Position numbers and translations under genes: made by a program. From an uncultured Candidatus Saccharibacteria bacterium (GTDB lineage: Bacteria; Patescibacteriota; WWE3; UBA101185; UBA10185), in the NCBI GenBank assembly GCA_964387275.1, contig CAYLVW010000001.1, forward strand, positions 150,619 through 214,618: a DNA stretch of 64,000 nt, given 5' to 3'. Shown one piece after another: positions 48,803 through 59,908 of this stretch (its first letter is position 1; every line of letters starts with the position of its first letter). The notes beneath the pieces are model-generated. The model was not told the DNA's origin, did no database searches, and saw only the letters and a list, made by a program, of their open reading frames with translations.

Positions 48803-50814
48803 AAAAAGCAATTATAACTGGTATTACAGGGCAAGATGGATCTTACCTTGCAGAGTTACTCCTCACCAAAGGTTATCAAGTTCACGGTATAGTAAGAAGG
48901 GCGTCAGAGTTTAATACATCTAGAATTGATCACTTATATAAAGACCCGCATATTCCTAACAATTCCTTTTTTTTACACTATGGGGATCTAACTGATAGTG
49001 GGGGTCTAGAAAGGCTTATTCGTGAGATAAATCCGGATGAAATATACAATATAGGGGCTCAAAGCCATGTAAAAGTCAGTTTTGAGATTCCTGAGTACAC
49101 AGCAAATACAGATGCTCTAGGTACAATGAGGATTTTAGAAATTATTAGAAATAACAATCCAAAAATAAAGTTCTATCAGGCTTCTAGTAGCGAGATGTTC
49201 GGTAAAGTTTTAGAAGTTCCTCAAAAAGAAACTACACCATTTTATCCAAGAAGTCCTTATGGTGTTTCTAAAGTTTTCGGACATCACATAGCAGTGAACT
49301 ACAGAGAAAGTTATGGAATTTTTGCCTGCTCAGGAATACTTTTTAACCACGAATCACCCAGACGCGGTAAGACTTTTGTTTCTCGCAAGATAGTCAGGGC
49401 TTTGGCAGATATAAAAACCGGCAAACAAGATATTTTATACTTAGGTAATTTGGATGCTAAAAGAGATTGGGGTTATGCAAAAGAGTATGTAAATGCTATG
49501 TGGTTAATGTTACAGCAGAAAGAACCTGATGACTTTGTTATTGCGACTGGTGAGACCCACACGGTTAGGGAGTTTGTGGAAGAAGCTGGAAAATACTTTG
49601 GTTACGATATAGTCTGGAAAGGTACTGGTTTTGATGAGATTGGGTATGACAAGAAAACTGATAAGATAATTGTAAAAATCGACAAAAACTACTATAGGCC
49701 TGCTGAAGTCGATTTACTCATTGGCGATTCCTCAAAAGCAAAAAAAGTATTGGGATGGGAACCTAAAGTAAAGTTTAAAGATCTCGTTACCATAATGTGC
49801 GACGCCGAAGTCATAGGCGAAAAAACTGAAGATTTCTCTCATTTACTCAAAATAAGCGTTGGGAAATTCGGAGACGATAAAGGCGCAAAAATTTATGTAG
49901 CAGGCCACAAGGGTTTGGTAGGATCTGCTATTGTTAGAAAACTTAATAAAGAAGGTTACACAAATCTTTTACTTAGAACTAAAGAAGAATTGGATCTTAC
50001 AAATGGAGATCAGGTCGCCAAATTTTTTTCTGATGAGAAACCTGAGTATGTATTTTTAGCTGCTGCTAAGGTCGGTGGGATACTTGCAAACCGTGACTTT
50101 GCAGCTGATTTTATTAGTGATAATTTAAGAATTCAAAACAATATAATACATAATTCTTATTTAAACGGTGTGAAGAAACTAGTATTTTTGGGTTCTACAT
50201 GCATATACCCTAAGCTTGCTCCACAACCATTAAAAGAAGAGTATTTACTGACAGGCCCTCTTGAGCCTACTAATGAAGCGTATGCGGTTGCAAAGATAGC
50301 TGGGATAAAAATGTGCGAGTACTACAACAAGCAGTATGGGACCAATTACATTTCTGTTATGCCTACAAATTTGTACGGGCAAAACGACAAATTTGATTTG
50401 CATACTTCTCATGTTCTTCCTGCTATGATTAGAAAGTTTTATGAAGCTAAAATAAACGGCAACACTGATGTGACATTATGGGGAACAGGTAATCCTAAGA
50501 GAGAGTTTTTGCATGTAGATGATTTAGCTGACGCTGTAGTATTTTTAATGCAAAATTATGATAGCAGCGAAATCATTAATATAGGTTACGGGGAGGATTT
50601 TAAAATCTCGGAGGTAGCCCAGATGATATCTGACATTGTTGGTTTTCAGGGTAAAGTTGTTTATGATTTGAGTAAGCCTGATGGCACACCAAGAAAACTT
50701 GTAGATACCACTAAGTTATTTAATTTAGGTTGGAGACCCAAATTTCATATAAAAGAGGGATTAAAACTTGCCATAGATTGGTATATTGAAAATGTCGCAA
50801 AAGGATCCAAATAA
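48799..50814 (+). CDS. gmd-fcl: Bifunctional GDP-mannose 4,6-dehydratase / GDP-L-fucose synthase (Gmd-Fcl fusion)
   Basis: aa 1-338 are Gmd ([40 protein letters not shown]). aa ~359-671 are Fcl ([55 protein letters not shown]). Confidence 0.92.
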   Translation: MKKAIITGITGQDGSYLAELLLTKGYQVHGIVRRASEFNTSRIDHLYKDPHIPNNSFFLHYGDLTDSGGLERLIREINPDEIYNIGAQSHVKVSFEIPEYTANTDALGTMRILEIIRNNNPKIKFYQASSSEMFGKVLEVPQKETTPFYPRSPYGVSKVFGHHIAVNYRESYGIFACSGILFNHESPRRGKTFVSRKIVRALADIKTGKQDILYLGNLDAKRDWGYAKEYVNAMWLMLQQKEPDDFVIATGETHTVREFVEEAGKYFGYDIVWKGTGFDEIGYDKKTDKIIVKIDKNYYRPAEVDLLIGDSSKAKKVLGWEPKVKFKDLVTIMCDAEVIGEKTEDFSHLLKISVGKFGDDKGAKIYVAGHKGLVGSAIVRKLNKEGYTNLLLRTKEELDLTNGDQVAKFFSDEKPEYVFLAAAKVGGILANRDFAADFISDNLRIQNNIIHNSYLNGVKKLVFLGSTCIYPKLAPQPLKEEYLLTGPLEPTNEAYAVAKIAGIKMCEYYNKQYGTNYISVMPTNLYGQNDKFDLHTSHVLPAMIRKFYEAKINGNTDVTLWGTGNPKREFLHVDDLADAVVFLMQNYDSSEIINIGYGEDFKISEVAQMISDIVGFQGKVVYDLSKPDGTPRKLVDTTKLFNLGWRPKFHIKEGLKLAIDWYIENVAKGSK

Positions 50815-51448
50815 TATTAAGGATTATTTTGAGAAGCAGTTTAAAGTTGATTTATTTAGTAAACTGGATTTCCCGTTTGAGGAAGGGAAATCCTTACTTG
50901 ATGCTGGGTGTGGAGATGCTGTAAATAGTGATATATTTCAATCTTTTTATAAGCTTAAGCTGAAGTCTTTTGACTTATACGAGCACCAAAATATTAAAAA
51001 GTTTCAAATTGATTTTAGAATTGGGTCAGTTCTTGATATACCTTTTGCAGATAACACATTTGACTATGTTTACTTACAGGATGTTTTACATCACATCGAT
51101 GAAGAAAATCAGGACAGGGATAAACATATAAAAGCACTCTATGAACTTAAAAGAGTAGTAAAACCAGGGGGTTATGTAATTATTGTAGAAGCAAAAAGAT
51201 ATAACCCTATGTTTTATCCATTTATGGTTAAATACCTAGGCCACGACCATTTTACTCATGGATATTATAAGAAGCTTGTTTCTGAGGCTTTTTCAGACTG
51301 TCCAGAGCAATTGCATAAGAGTTTTGAAGCACATTTTTACTTTTCAAGAGTATTAAGCTTTTGGAAATTGTACGAAAGATTTATGGAGAAATATAGTCCA
51401 GTAGACTTCTTAGCTTATAATGCATCTATTATTAAAAAACCTTTATGA
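50792..51448 (+). CDS. Class I SAM-dependent methyltransferase
   Basis: [26 protein letters not shown]. Confidence 0.85.
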   Translation: MSQKDPNNIKDYFEKQFKVDLFSKLDFPFEEGKSLLDAGCGDAVNSDIFQSFYKLKLKSFDLYEHQNIKKFQIDFRIGSVLDIPFADNTFDYVYLQDVLHHIDEENQDRDKHIKALYELKRVVKPGGYVIIVEAKRYNPMFYPFMVKYLGHDHFTHGYYKKLVSEAFSDCPEQLHKSFEAHFYFSRVLSFWKLYERFMEKYSPVDFLAYNASIIKKPL

Positions 51449-52572
51449 AAAGTTTTTTGATTGTAACTCATAAGTTTCTTACATTACCTGATGACGAGCT
51501 TGTTTCTTATCTAATTGACAAAAACATTTCAGTATTGCACATTAATCATTCATTTAATGATGCTCCAGATAGAGTGAGTAAGTGCGAATACTATGTGGGT
51601 GGTAAAAGAGTTTCCACTTGTAAGTCTTGGGATTTTAAGTTTCTACCAGAACCTTTAATTTACTTGAAGGAGTTGTTGTTTACATTTTATTACGTAGCTA
51701 GGTATTTTAAGAAATACGATTACTACATTGGTCTGGATGGTTTATGTGTTTTTTTTGGGTTATTATTGAGGTTTTTTGGAGTAGTTGGTAAGGTAGTATA
51801 TTGGGCTATTGATTTTGTGCCAAAGGATAGGTTTAGTTCTAAGCTTAAAAATTTTATATATACAAGTATTAATATTCTAGGTTATAGAAATTGTGATGAG
51901 ATGTGGGATTTATCTCCGAGGATGCAGGAAGCAAGATCTGAATTTTTGGGAGTATCTACTAAAGACTATAAATCTCTAAAGGTAGTTCCGTATGGGTTTT
52001 GGACTACCCGTATTAAAACTTACAAATATGAAGAATCTGACAAGAAAAAATTAGTTTTCATGGGTCACTTGATTGAAAAGCAGGGAGTTCAATTGTTGTT
52101 GCAAGCCTTAGTGTTATTGCCAGATGAAATTACATTAAAAATTATTGGCATAGGAAACTATAAAGAAAGTCTCGTAGGTTTGTCAAAATCTTTGGGTATT
52201 TATCACAGATGTGAATTTGTTGGTAAAATCGAAGACATCAGAATTTTAGAAGATGAGATAGCTAAATGTGCAATAGCTGTTGCTCCCTACATAAAATCTT
52301 TAGATACTTGGACTTATTATGCAGATCCAGGCAAAGTTAAAACATATATTGCCTGTGGTGTACCGATTTTACTTACAGATCTTCCTTGGAATAGTTCTGA
52401 CATAGTAGAGAGTAAATGTGGGTTTATAATCCAGGAAGATCCAAAAGATATTGCTGATAAGGTACTAGTATTATTAGATATTAAGCTAAATAATTTATAT
52501 CGTGAGAATTGTATTAACTATTCCAAATCTTATGATTATGAAAAAATATTTAGTGGGGCTGTAAGTTTATGA
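51445..52572 (+). CDS. GT4-like glycosyltransferase
   Basis: [28 protein letters not shown]. Confidence 0.78.
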   Translation: MKSFLIVTHKFLTLPDDELVSYLIDKNISVLHINHSFNDAPDRVSKCEYYVGGKRVSTCKSWDFKFLPEPLIYLKELLFTFYYVARYFKKYDYYIGLDGLCVFFGLLLRFFGVVGKVVYWAIDFVPKDRFSSKLKNFIYTSINILGYRNCDEMWDLSPRMQEARSEFLGVSTKDYKSLKVVPYGFWTTRIKTYKYEESDKKKLVFMGHLIEKQGVQLLLQALVLLPDEITLKIIGIGNYKESLVGLSKSLGIYHRCEFVGKIEDIRILEDEIAKCAIAVAPYIKSLDTWTYYADPGKVKTYIACGVPILLTDLPWNSSDIVESKCGFIIQEDPKDIADKVLVLLDIKLNNLYRENCINYSKSYDYEKIFSGAVSL

Positions 52573-53051
52573 CACAGGATATAATTTACGAAAAAACGAT
52601 ACCTAGAAAGAATCTATTAATAACTGGATTACTTTTTTTAAAGTTCCCTCTATATATACCTTTTGTTAATATGTTGGTGAGGAAATGGCTAAAGCACAGT
52701 TCTGATATAGAAATCATCCCTGGTTTTATGAGTTTTTACGCAAATATCTATGCTAAAAACGCATTTTTATGTGACACATATTTTGCAGATTATGCGCCGG
52801 TGCACATTGGTGAGGGTACACATTTTTCATTTCAATGTATGGTTTTAACATCAAAACATGATAAATCAGATTTCCAGAAAATTATTTGTTCTCCGGTTAA
52901 TATAGGAAAAAATGTATATATAGGAGCTAGGGTTTTGATACTTCCCGGTGTGAGTATTGGAGATAATGCTGTAATTGGTTCTGGGTGCGTCGTTTCTAAA
53001 GATGTCCCTAGTGGGGCTTTTGTGGTGGGAAACCCTATGGTGATAAAGTGA
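52569..53051 (+). CDS. Hexapeptide-repeat (LbH) O-acetyltransferase
   Basis: [31 protein letters not shown]...VGNP. Confidence 0.88.
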   Translation: MTQDIIYEKTIPRKNLLITGLLFLKFPLYIPFVNMLVRKWLKHSSDIEIIPGFMSFYANIYAKNAFLCDTYFADYAPVHIGEGTHFSFQCMVLTSKHDKSDFQKIICSPVNIGKNVYIGARVLILPGVSIGDNAVIGSGCVVSKDVPSGAFVVGNPMVIK

Positions 53052-54100
53052 AAGTTTTATACCATGTGCCACATTTAAATACCGTATATGCTGGAAGAAC
53101 TATATATAAGGGTTACGAAAATGCTTGGAAGTACCTAGGGCACTCATTTAGATTTCTCACGTCTGAGGATAAAGCCAAAGAGGTATTTTACTCCTATGAG
53201 CCGGATATTTTTGTAACAAGTTTAAATATTTATAACCTCAAGTTTTTAGATCTTAGCTTGCTTAAACAAGTAAAAAAGGACCTAAGGACAAAAGTTTTTG
53301 TTAATACACCTTTTTGGAACTCTCCATTTACAGTACTTAGGCCTAACGAGGCGGGCAGTTTAGCTAAAAATAGAAGCTACATTGAGCTTATTAAGTCAGG
53401 TAACTATGGTGATGTTTACTATAATGTGTGTGAGAAGGACGATGAGAGAATGGCGGGTTTTGATAAAGAATTTGGATTTGGTCACGAAACTATATTACTT
53501 GCCGCAGACGATATTATTAATTACCCCGAGACTTCTGAGCTATTCACATCAGATATTTCATTTTTAGGGACAAATTTACCAGATAAGAGAAAATTTTTTG
53601 AAGAAAGACTTTTTCCGTTAGGTGAGAAATATAAACTTCGCCTATATGGTCAGGATTGGTCTTACTTAGATAAACTAACTGGGATGGTAAAAAAATTTGG
53701 CCAATTGTTTGATGTTCCTTATTTAAAAAATCTACAGAAACCAACACTAGCGCTTGAAGATGAGAGGAAGATTTATTTTAATTCCATAATTAGTTTGAAC
53801 ATACACGAAGAATACCAGAGGATATATGGAGGAGATTGTAATGAGAGGACATTTAAAATCCCTCTGTGTGGAGGATTTGAGGTTGTAGACGATATTTCCT
53901 GTATTAGAAAATATTTTATAGACGGAAAAGACATAATAATTGCAAAAGACAAGAATGACTGGTTTGAGAAAATCGATTATTATATTAGAAATCCGGAGAA
54001 AAGAGCTCCGATAATTGAAGCAGGTCGAGAAAAAGTAGCAAATAAACACACATATAAAAACAGAGTTAATCAAATTATAGGGATTTATAATAAACTATGA
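53048..54100 (+). CDS. CgeB/Glyco_trans_1_2 family glycosyltransferase
   Basis: [37 protein letters not shown]. Confidence 0.8.
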   Translation: MKVLYHVPHLNTVYAGRTIYKGYENAWKYLGHSFRFLTSEDKAKEVFYSYEPDIFVTSLNIYNLKFLDLSLLKQVKKDLRTKVFVNTPFWNSPFTVLRPNEAGSLAKNRSYIELIKSGNYGDVYYNVCEKDDERMAGFDKEFGFGHETILLAADDIINYPETSELFTSDISFLGTNLPDKRKFFEERLFPLGEKYKLRLYGQDWSYLDKLTGMVKKFGQLFDVPYLKNLQKPTLALEDERKIYFNSIISLNIHEEYQRIYGGDCNERTFKIPLCGGFEVVDDISCIRKYFIDGKDIIIAKDKNDWFEKIDYYIRNPEKRAPIIEAGREKVANKHTYKNRVNQIIGIYNKL

Positions 54101-54687
54101 GCAATAAAGTTATATTAAATTTAGGTTGTGGGAAGACACGTATTCCTAATTCTGTAGGAGTGGACTATTCGCAAATCCCTGGTTTTACTGATGTAGTACA
54201 TGATTTGGACACTATCCCATACCCCTTTGACTCGAATAGTGTTGATGAGATACATATGTACCATGTACTTGAACATCTCTCAAGTCCGATAAAAAAGCTA
54301 GAAGAGTTGCATAGAATTCTCAAGAAAGGTGGAATGCTTTACATGAGAATGCCTCATTTTTCTTCTATGGGAGCTTTTACAGATATCACTCATGTAAGAC
54401 CTTTTGGATTCTATTCATTTGATTGCTTTGAGCCCAACCATTATCAGCATTTCTATACTAAAGCAGAGTTTGAAATTGTTGAGAGAAGAATCAAATATTT
54501 CGGTTTGTGTGGTAATAAAGGTGACTATGCTAAATATATACATGGTAATTCATGCCCTATTCTTATAGTTCCTTTTGTAACTGTACTAGACTTTTTTATA
54601 AATATAAATCCGATGTTTTTTGAGAGATTTTGGGGATATTTAGTGGGAGGCGCTACAGAGGTAGTTGTTACTTTAAAAAAGCTATGA
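54097..54687 (+). CDS. Class I SAM-dependent methyltransferase
   Basis: LNLGCG, PFDSNSVD, HVLEH, RILKKGG, D.TH. Confidence 0.82.
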   Translation: MSNKVILNLGCGKTRIPNSVGVDYSQIPGFTDVVHDLDTIPYPFDSNSVDEIHMYHVLEHLSSPIKKLEELHRILKKGGMLYMRMPHFSSMGAFTDITHVRPFGFYSFDCFEPNHYQHFYTKAEFEIVERRIKYFGLCGNKGDYAKYIHGNSCPILIVPFVTVLDFFININPMFFERFWGYLVGGATEVVVTLKKL

Positions 54688-56135
54688 GTAATATCGAGAA
54701 AGATCAAGAAAAGTTTTTTAATGAAAATTCAGTTAAAAACTTTAAGATAAAAAAGGACTTATTTTATGATTGGGCTAATAAGGAGCAATTTGAAGGTTTT
54801 GATTGGTTATCTGACTCACAGACAATATTGGAGTATGGTTGTGGGACAGGTGGTTCTCTTGATGTACTATTTGATAGACATGACAGAGCAAAATTCAATA
54901 TTATAGGTGTTGACATAGCTGAGATGGCTCTTGAGAAAGCTAAGGAAGCATACCCAGAGTTTAAATTTATTAAGATTACTGATAATTCTATACCTGATGT
55001 TTTAGAAAAGTCAGTAGATGCGTCTTTTATGTTTCATGTACTTCATCATTCAACTGGACATCAGAAAATGTTTGATGAGATATTCTCAAAACTAAAGCCT
55101 GGTGGGAAATTTCTAATTAATGATTTAACTTCTAGAAACCCAATAGTGTTATTGGGTAGGGAGGTTTTTTCGAGATTTAGTTTTTTCTTTGCTCCGAAAT
55201 TTGAAGAAGACTTAGTTGTAGATGGTAAAATACCGGAAAAGTATCGTGTAGATGTAAGTGAGAAGGTACAACAGCTCCAACAGGCTGGTTTTATAATAAG
55301 TGAGGTGTCTTATGGTCATTTATTCTTTTTTCTTTTCCACTGGATTGACAAATTTACTAATTTATCCCAGTTTAGTTTTGTAAAATATATATACAGTCTG
55401 ATTATTAATATAGAGAGTATCTTTACAAAGATTCCGTTTTTTCACAATTTTTGTGAAGTGGTTAGTATTAAAGCTATCAAGCCCCATGACTCTCAGAAGC
55501 TAAATTCTGTGTTAGGGTCAGGGGACTATTCCGATTCTTTTAATATGGAAGTATACAATCAGGTAAGTGTTAATTCCCATTGTCTTGATGTTGGGTGTTG
55601 GAGTGGGAATTTGGGTAAGAAATTGGTAGTTTCAAAAGGTTGTACTGTTGAGGGAGTTGAGATAAATGAGACCGCTATTATTAAAGCTTTGGGTAACGGG
55701 TATGCTAAGGTTTATAGAGTAAACTTGAACTCTGAGAAACTAGATTTTTCTGATATAACTACAAAGTATGACTATATTGTTCTTGCAGATGTTTTAGAGC
55801 ATCTAGTAAACCCTGAAGCTGTACTTACAATTTTAAAAGACTTTTTAAAAGAAGATGGGAAGTTGGTTGTGTCTGTTCCAAATGTAGCTTTTATTTTGAA
55901 CAGATTGAACCTACTTATTGGTAATTGGAACTATCGGGATTTTGGTACATTAGACAAAACACATCTAAAGTTTTATACGTTTTCTACGATACAAAAACTA
56001 CTAAAAGACTGTGGTTTTAATATCGTCAAAATAAAAGGTTATAACCAGTTTGCAAGTCTAAAAACTCTTGGGTTGTTTAAAGTATTTTTTCCGAAGATAT
56101 TTTCATACCAGATACTTATAACTGCTAGAATATAG
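54684..56135 (+). CDS. Protein with two tandem class I methyltransferase domains
   Basis: ILEYGCGTG...VLHH...LKPGG, then CLDVGCWSG...DVLEHL..P...SVPN...LDKTHL.F. The ATG at 54684 overlaps the upstream TGA. Confidence 0.8.
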   Translation: MSNIEKDQEKFFNENSVKNFKIKKDLFYDWANKEQFEGFDWLSDSQTILEYGCGTGGSLDVLFDRHDRAKFNIIGVDIAEMALEKAKEAYPEFKFIKITDNSIPDVLEKSVDASFMFHVLHHSTGHQKMFDEIFSKLKPGGKFLINDLTSRNPIVLLGREVFSRFSFFFAPKFEEDLVVDGKIPEKYRVDVSEKVQQLQQAGFIISEVSYGHLFFFLFHWIDKFTNLSQFSFVKYIYSLIINIESIFTKIPFFHNFCEVVSIKAIKPHDSQKLNSVLGSGDYSDSFNMEVYNQVSVNSHCLDVGCWSGNLGKKLVVSKGCTVEGVEINETAIIKALGNGYAKVYRVNLNSEKLDFSDITTKYDYIVLADVLEHLVNPEAVLTILKDFLKEDGKLVVSVPNVAFILNRLNLLIGNWNYRDFGTLDKTHLKFYTFSTIQKLLKDCGFNIVKIKGYNQFASLKTLGLFKVFFPKIFSYQILITARI

Positions 56136-56137
56136 GT

Positions 56138-57187
56138 ATGGATAAACCACTTCTTACTATTTGTATACCAGCATATAACAGACCTGATACCTTATCTGAA
56201 GTATTAGAATCCATAAAAAAACAAAACTCCGCAGAAATTAGAGTAATTGTGTCAGATGATGCATCACCAGATGCTAATGCTATGAGAATTGCAGTAGATC
56301 CGTATCTACAGAGTATGGAGAACCTTTCTTATCACAGAAAGGAGAGTAACGTTGGGTATAGTGCAAATGTTATTTCCCTATACGAGATGGCTGATACAAG
56401 GTACATTTGGTTTTTTTGTGATGATGACATTCCATTGGAGGGTTCTATACAAACAGTCTTAGGGCAAATTAAATCAAAGGAACCTGTTGTCGCTGTTTTT
56501 AATCATATGCAATTTGATCCTTATGAGCGATATATTGAAGCTGGTGTGAAGCATGATGTTGTATATACAGATATCTCCCAGATAAGAGACTATCAAGAGC
56601 TTCAAAGAATAACTTTTTTGTCAGTCCTTGTTGTTGAGAAGAGAGATATTAGTCTGGAGCAGTTAAAGCAGACAGATTACACTAATAATGTGTTTGTCCA
56701 ACTCACTTTATCTTTGATGCTTTTAAGTGACAAGTTTAGATACTGCCAGTTAGCAAAACCTATACTCCATAGAAATGTGGGATATAACTACGGAGATTTT
56801 TTCAAATTCTATATAGTGGATCATTTGCGAGCCGTAAACATTGTTAAAACCAAATTTGATCCGAATAAGTTTTTATTTTGGTCATTTAGGCACCTTCCTA
56901 TAGCATTCAATCTTTACCTATCTCAGAAACTTGGTTTATACGCGTACAGAAAAAGGCCAACTCTTAAAACTATTAAAGATATTTTTAGGTATTGGGGAGC
57001 GCTGGGAATACTTCCGATCGTAATTCCAGTAGTATCATTTTTTATACCCTCAATACTTCTTAAAGGTATATTTATGCTTATGTTAATCAAAGATCATGGC
57101 TATGAGAGAGCAAAATACTTATATGCAAAAAACATCAACCGTGCTTATAATGATACAAGAAAAACAGGATTTATAAATTATAGATAG
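56138..57187 (+). CDS. GT2 glycosyltransferase
   Basis: LTICIPAYNR, VSDDAS.D, NVG...N, YIWF..DDD. Confidence 0.85.
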   Translation: MDKPLLTICIPAYNRPDTLSEVLESIKKQNSAEIRVIVSDDASPDANAMRIAVDPYLQSMENLSYHRKESNVGYSANVISLYEMADTRYIWFFCDDDIPLEGSIQTVLGQIKSKEPVVAVFNHMQFDPYERYIEAGVKHDVVYTDISQIRDYQELQRITFLSVLVVEKRDISLEQLKQTDYTNNVFVQLTLSLMLLSDKFRYCQLAKPILHRNVGYNYGDFFKFYIVDHLRAVNIVKTKFDPNKFLFWSFRHLPIAFNLYLSQKLGLYAYRKRPTLKTIKDIFRYWGALGILPIVIPVVSFFIPSILLKGIFMLMLIKDHGYERAKYLYAKNINRAYNDTRKTGFINYR

Positions 57188-57191
57188 GCAT

Positions 57192-57902
57192 ATGAAATAC
57201 TTTACAAAATTTTTTACATATTTCAACTTTTTGAAGACATACCTTATCCCTGGTAGTAAGAATTCAGTAATAGATGCTTTTCACACGTTATACTACGACT
57301 CTTACTTGGTGGGAGGTACTTGGTCTAGAAACACATTTTTAGGAACTCCTATACAGAAATGTCCGATGGATCTTCAAACCTATCAAGAAATACTATATGA
57401 AACTAAGCCAGATCTCATAATCGAATGTGGCACTGCCTTTGGTGGGGGTGCCTTATACCTGGCTAGTTTGTGTGATTTGATAGGCGTTGGCGAAGTTGTG
57501 ACTATTGATGTAGTAAATAGACCTGAATTCCCAAAACACCCAAAAATTACTTATCTAACTGGTTCCTCTACTGATCCAGAGATAGTAGCTAAAGTAAGAG
57601 ATCTAGCTAAAGGAAAAAGTAGGGTTATGGTCATATTAGACTCAGATCATAGAATGTCTCACGTTCTTACAGAACTTGAACTCTATCATTCATTTGTAAC
57701 TGCTGGGTGTTATCTAATAGTAGAAGATACTAATGTAAACGGTCATCCTGTAAGGCCTGAGCATGGTGAAGGCCCTTATGAGGCACTTACAAGGTTTTTG
57801 GAAATCAACAAAAGCTTTGAGATAGATAAGCTAAGGGAAAGCGGTTATATAACTTTTAACCCTAGTGGCTATCTTAAGAAAATAAAAACTCAGAATTTGT
57901 AG
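57192..57902 (+). CDS. CmcI/cephalosporin-hydroxylase family protein (sugar O-methyltransferase-like)
   Basis: P.DL..YQEI....KPDLIIECGTA.GG, GSS.D, VMVILDSDH, YLIVEDT, P.GYLK. Confidence 0.85.
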   Translation: MKYFTKFFTYFNFLKTYLIPGSKNSVIDAFHTLYYDSYLVGGTWSRNTFLGTPIQKCPMDLQTYQEILYETKPDLIIECGTAFGGGALYLASLCDLIGVGEVVTIDVVNRPEFPKHPKITYLTGSSTDPEIVAKVRDLAKGKSRVMVILDSDHRMSHVLTELELYHSFVTAGCYLIVEDTNVNGHPVRPEHGEGPYEALTRFLEINKSFEIDKLRESGYITFNPSGYLKKIKTQNL

Positions 57903-57928
57903 AAGTTTTCTATTACTGCCCTCATAAA

Positions 57929-59908
57929 ATGAAAAAAACTTTAGCGTTACTGATATTTGTAACTATATTAATATTTATTTCCATTTTCTCTAAAATACCT
58001 AATGACAGTTTTTTGTTTATACATGATGAGTATTTAGTCTTTACTAAAGATGAAGCATTGAACTCTTTTTTTGTACGAAGCAGCAATGATCTAGGTTATT
58101 CAACATTTTCTATAATTCTTGTTACTTTTTGGGACAGGGTTCTTTACTTGGTTTTATATTATCTAGGGTTATCTCTTCCTTACGTTTCAAAAGTAAGTTA
58201 TCTTATTAAGTTTCTATTGATCACAGTATTACCTTTTTTTGGTTTCAAAAAGATTATTGAGCATATGGGTAGGGTAGATTGGTTAAGTTTATTTTTTCTT
58301 AGTTTATTTTATGCATTTGGTTCATTCCCATTAGTATATTGGCATGGTAATGGATTTTCCTTAAGTTTACTAATATTTTATTCCTTAGCTCCTCTGGCTT
58401 TTTGGTATGTAATAGAAATATGTCGGAGAGAGCTTGCTTTAATTGAATTGATAAGTTTCGTTATTCTGCTTTTTTTTATGAGTTTTGGTTTTTACATTTA
58501 CTTAGTATTTATATTTGTATCTTTCTTGTATGTCTTGTTCTTAGGTAGAAATAAGTTTTTTGTGACTAATTTGGTTAAGTTGTTTTTGTTATTTTTACCA
58601 TTTATTAGTTTACTTTGGCTTATTGTTTATGATATGTTTTTTACTTCGGTTCAAAATGTGAACTTTTCCGGTGGAGAAACATACAATCAGATCAGAGGAG
58701 GTTTTCTTTACCCACTATTTCAATGGTTTTCTTGGGGCATTTATACTATTTGGACTCCCAGATCAATCTTTACTTTTTACGAATATTTACAAGGCCCTTT
58801 CTACATTTTACCTCTTGTGGGTATGTACATATACATAGGTTATTTAAGTTACAAGTATAAGTTTTGTCGTTTTTTCTACATACTGCTTGGAATAATGCTT
58901 TTTGTTTTGTTATTAGTGAAAGGCTCTCAGCCGCCATTTAACGACTTATATTTATATTTAGTTGAAAACGTAGCAATATTTAGGGTATTTAGATCTCCAG
59001 ATAATAAGTTTGGCTTTGGGGTATTCTTTGTGCTTACACTTATTATTTCGTATGTAGTGTCAAAGTACTACTCGTTTAGGGTAAGGCATAAAGTGTTGTT
59101 TGTTGGTTTTCTATCTATTTTTGTTTTGTCTCAAGTTTGGGTTTTTATTTCTTCAAGAGGTTTAATCGGTGAGGATTCATCAGTATCTTCTGACAGGGTT
59201 GTTAGTATACCTGAAAATTACACTAGCTTGGCTAATTTTATAAATAGGTTACCTTATGGCTATATTATTACCTCACCGGAATCAGATTTTAGCTATTTTT
59301 CAATAGGTGAAGATAGGCATTTCGGGCAGGACATTCTACCAAAAATTATCTTTAAGCCTTTTATTTACACCAATGAGCACTCTTCAATTTCAAAAGATGC
59401 CAGCTTAATAATAAAAGACGCTATACAAAGTGCTGATTATACAAAAACCCCAATAAAATACTACTTGCTTAGAAAAGACAATATTTTAAAACTAAAACCT
59501 GAGATTATCCCGGGTGACTGGCCTTTACTATATTCAGATTCCACATTTTCTCTTTATTCTGTAATAGAAAGTATGGAAGTAATCTCCTCCACCTCCCCTA
59601 TTAGATTTGAGTATAAATCTCCTATATTATTTAAAATTGTGACTACAACTGGAAATTCCCAAAATATTACTTTAAATGAGAATTATTCATTAGGCTGGGG
59701 GTTATTGGGTGGGAATTCAGTATTAAAAGCAAGTAGAGTTGGGGCTTCAGATTATGGTAATTATTGGGAGCTTGAAGCAAGTGAGGTTTCAAGAGAAATG
59801 ATGTTATACTATGAGCCTCAGAACTATTTATACTTAGGAATTATTATATCTTTAGTATATTTATTGCTACTGGTTATTGCCCGACTGGTTTTCTGGTTAA
59901 GATCATGA
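57929..59908 (+). CDS. Large multi-pass membrane protein, GT-C-like (AftD/YfhO-type architecture)
   Basis: HDE first loop, about 12 TM helices, KG.QPPF, FRSPDNKF, soluble domain, LNENYS.GW, final TM. Confidence 0.6.
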   Translation: MKKTLALLIFVTILIFISIFSKIPNDSFLFIHDEYLVFTKDEALNSFFVRSSNDLGYSTFSIILVTFWDRVLYLVLYYLGLSLPYVSKVSYLIKFLLITVLPFFGFKKIIEHMGRVDWLSLFFLSLFYAFGSFPLVYWHGNGFSLSLLIFYSLAPLAFWYVIEICRRELALIELISFVILLFFMSFGFYIYLVFIFVSFLYVLFLGRNKFFVTNLVKLFLLFLPFISLLWLIVYDMFFTSVQNVNFSGGETYNQIRGGFLYPLFQWFSWGIYTIWTPRSIFTFYEYLQGPFYILPLVGMYIYIGYLSYKYKFCRFFYILLGIMLFVLLLVKGSQPPFNDLYLYLVENVAIFRVFRSPDNKFGFGVFFVLTLIISYVVSKYYSFRVRHKVLFVGFLSIFVLSQVWVFISSRGLIGEDSSVSSDRVVSIPENYTSLANFINRLPYGYIITSPESDFSYFSIGEDRHFGQDILPKIIFKPFIYTNEHSSISKDASLIIKDAIQSADYTKTPIKYYLLRKDNILKLKPEIIPGDWPLLYSDSTFSLYSVIESMEVISSTSPIRFEYKSPILFKIVTTTGNSQNITLNENYSLGWGLLGGNSVLKASRVGASDYGNYWELEASEVSREMMLYYEPQNYLYLGIIISLVYLLLLVIARLVFWLRS

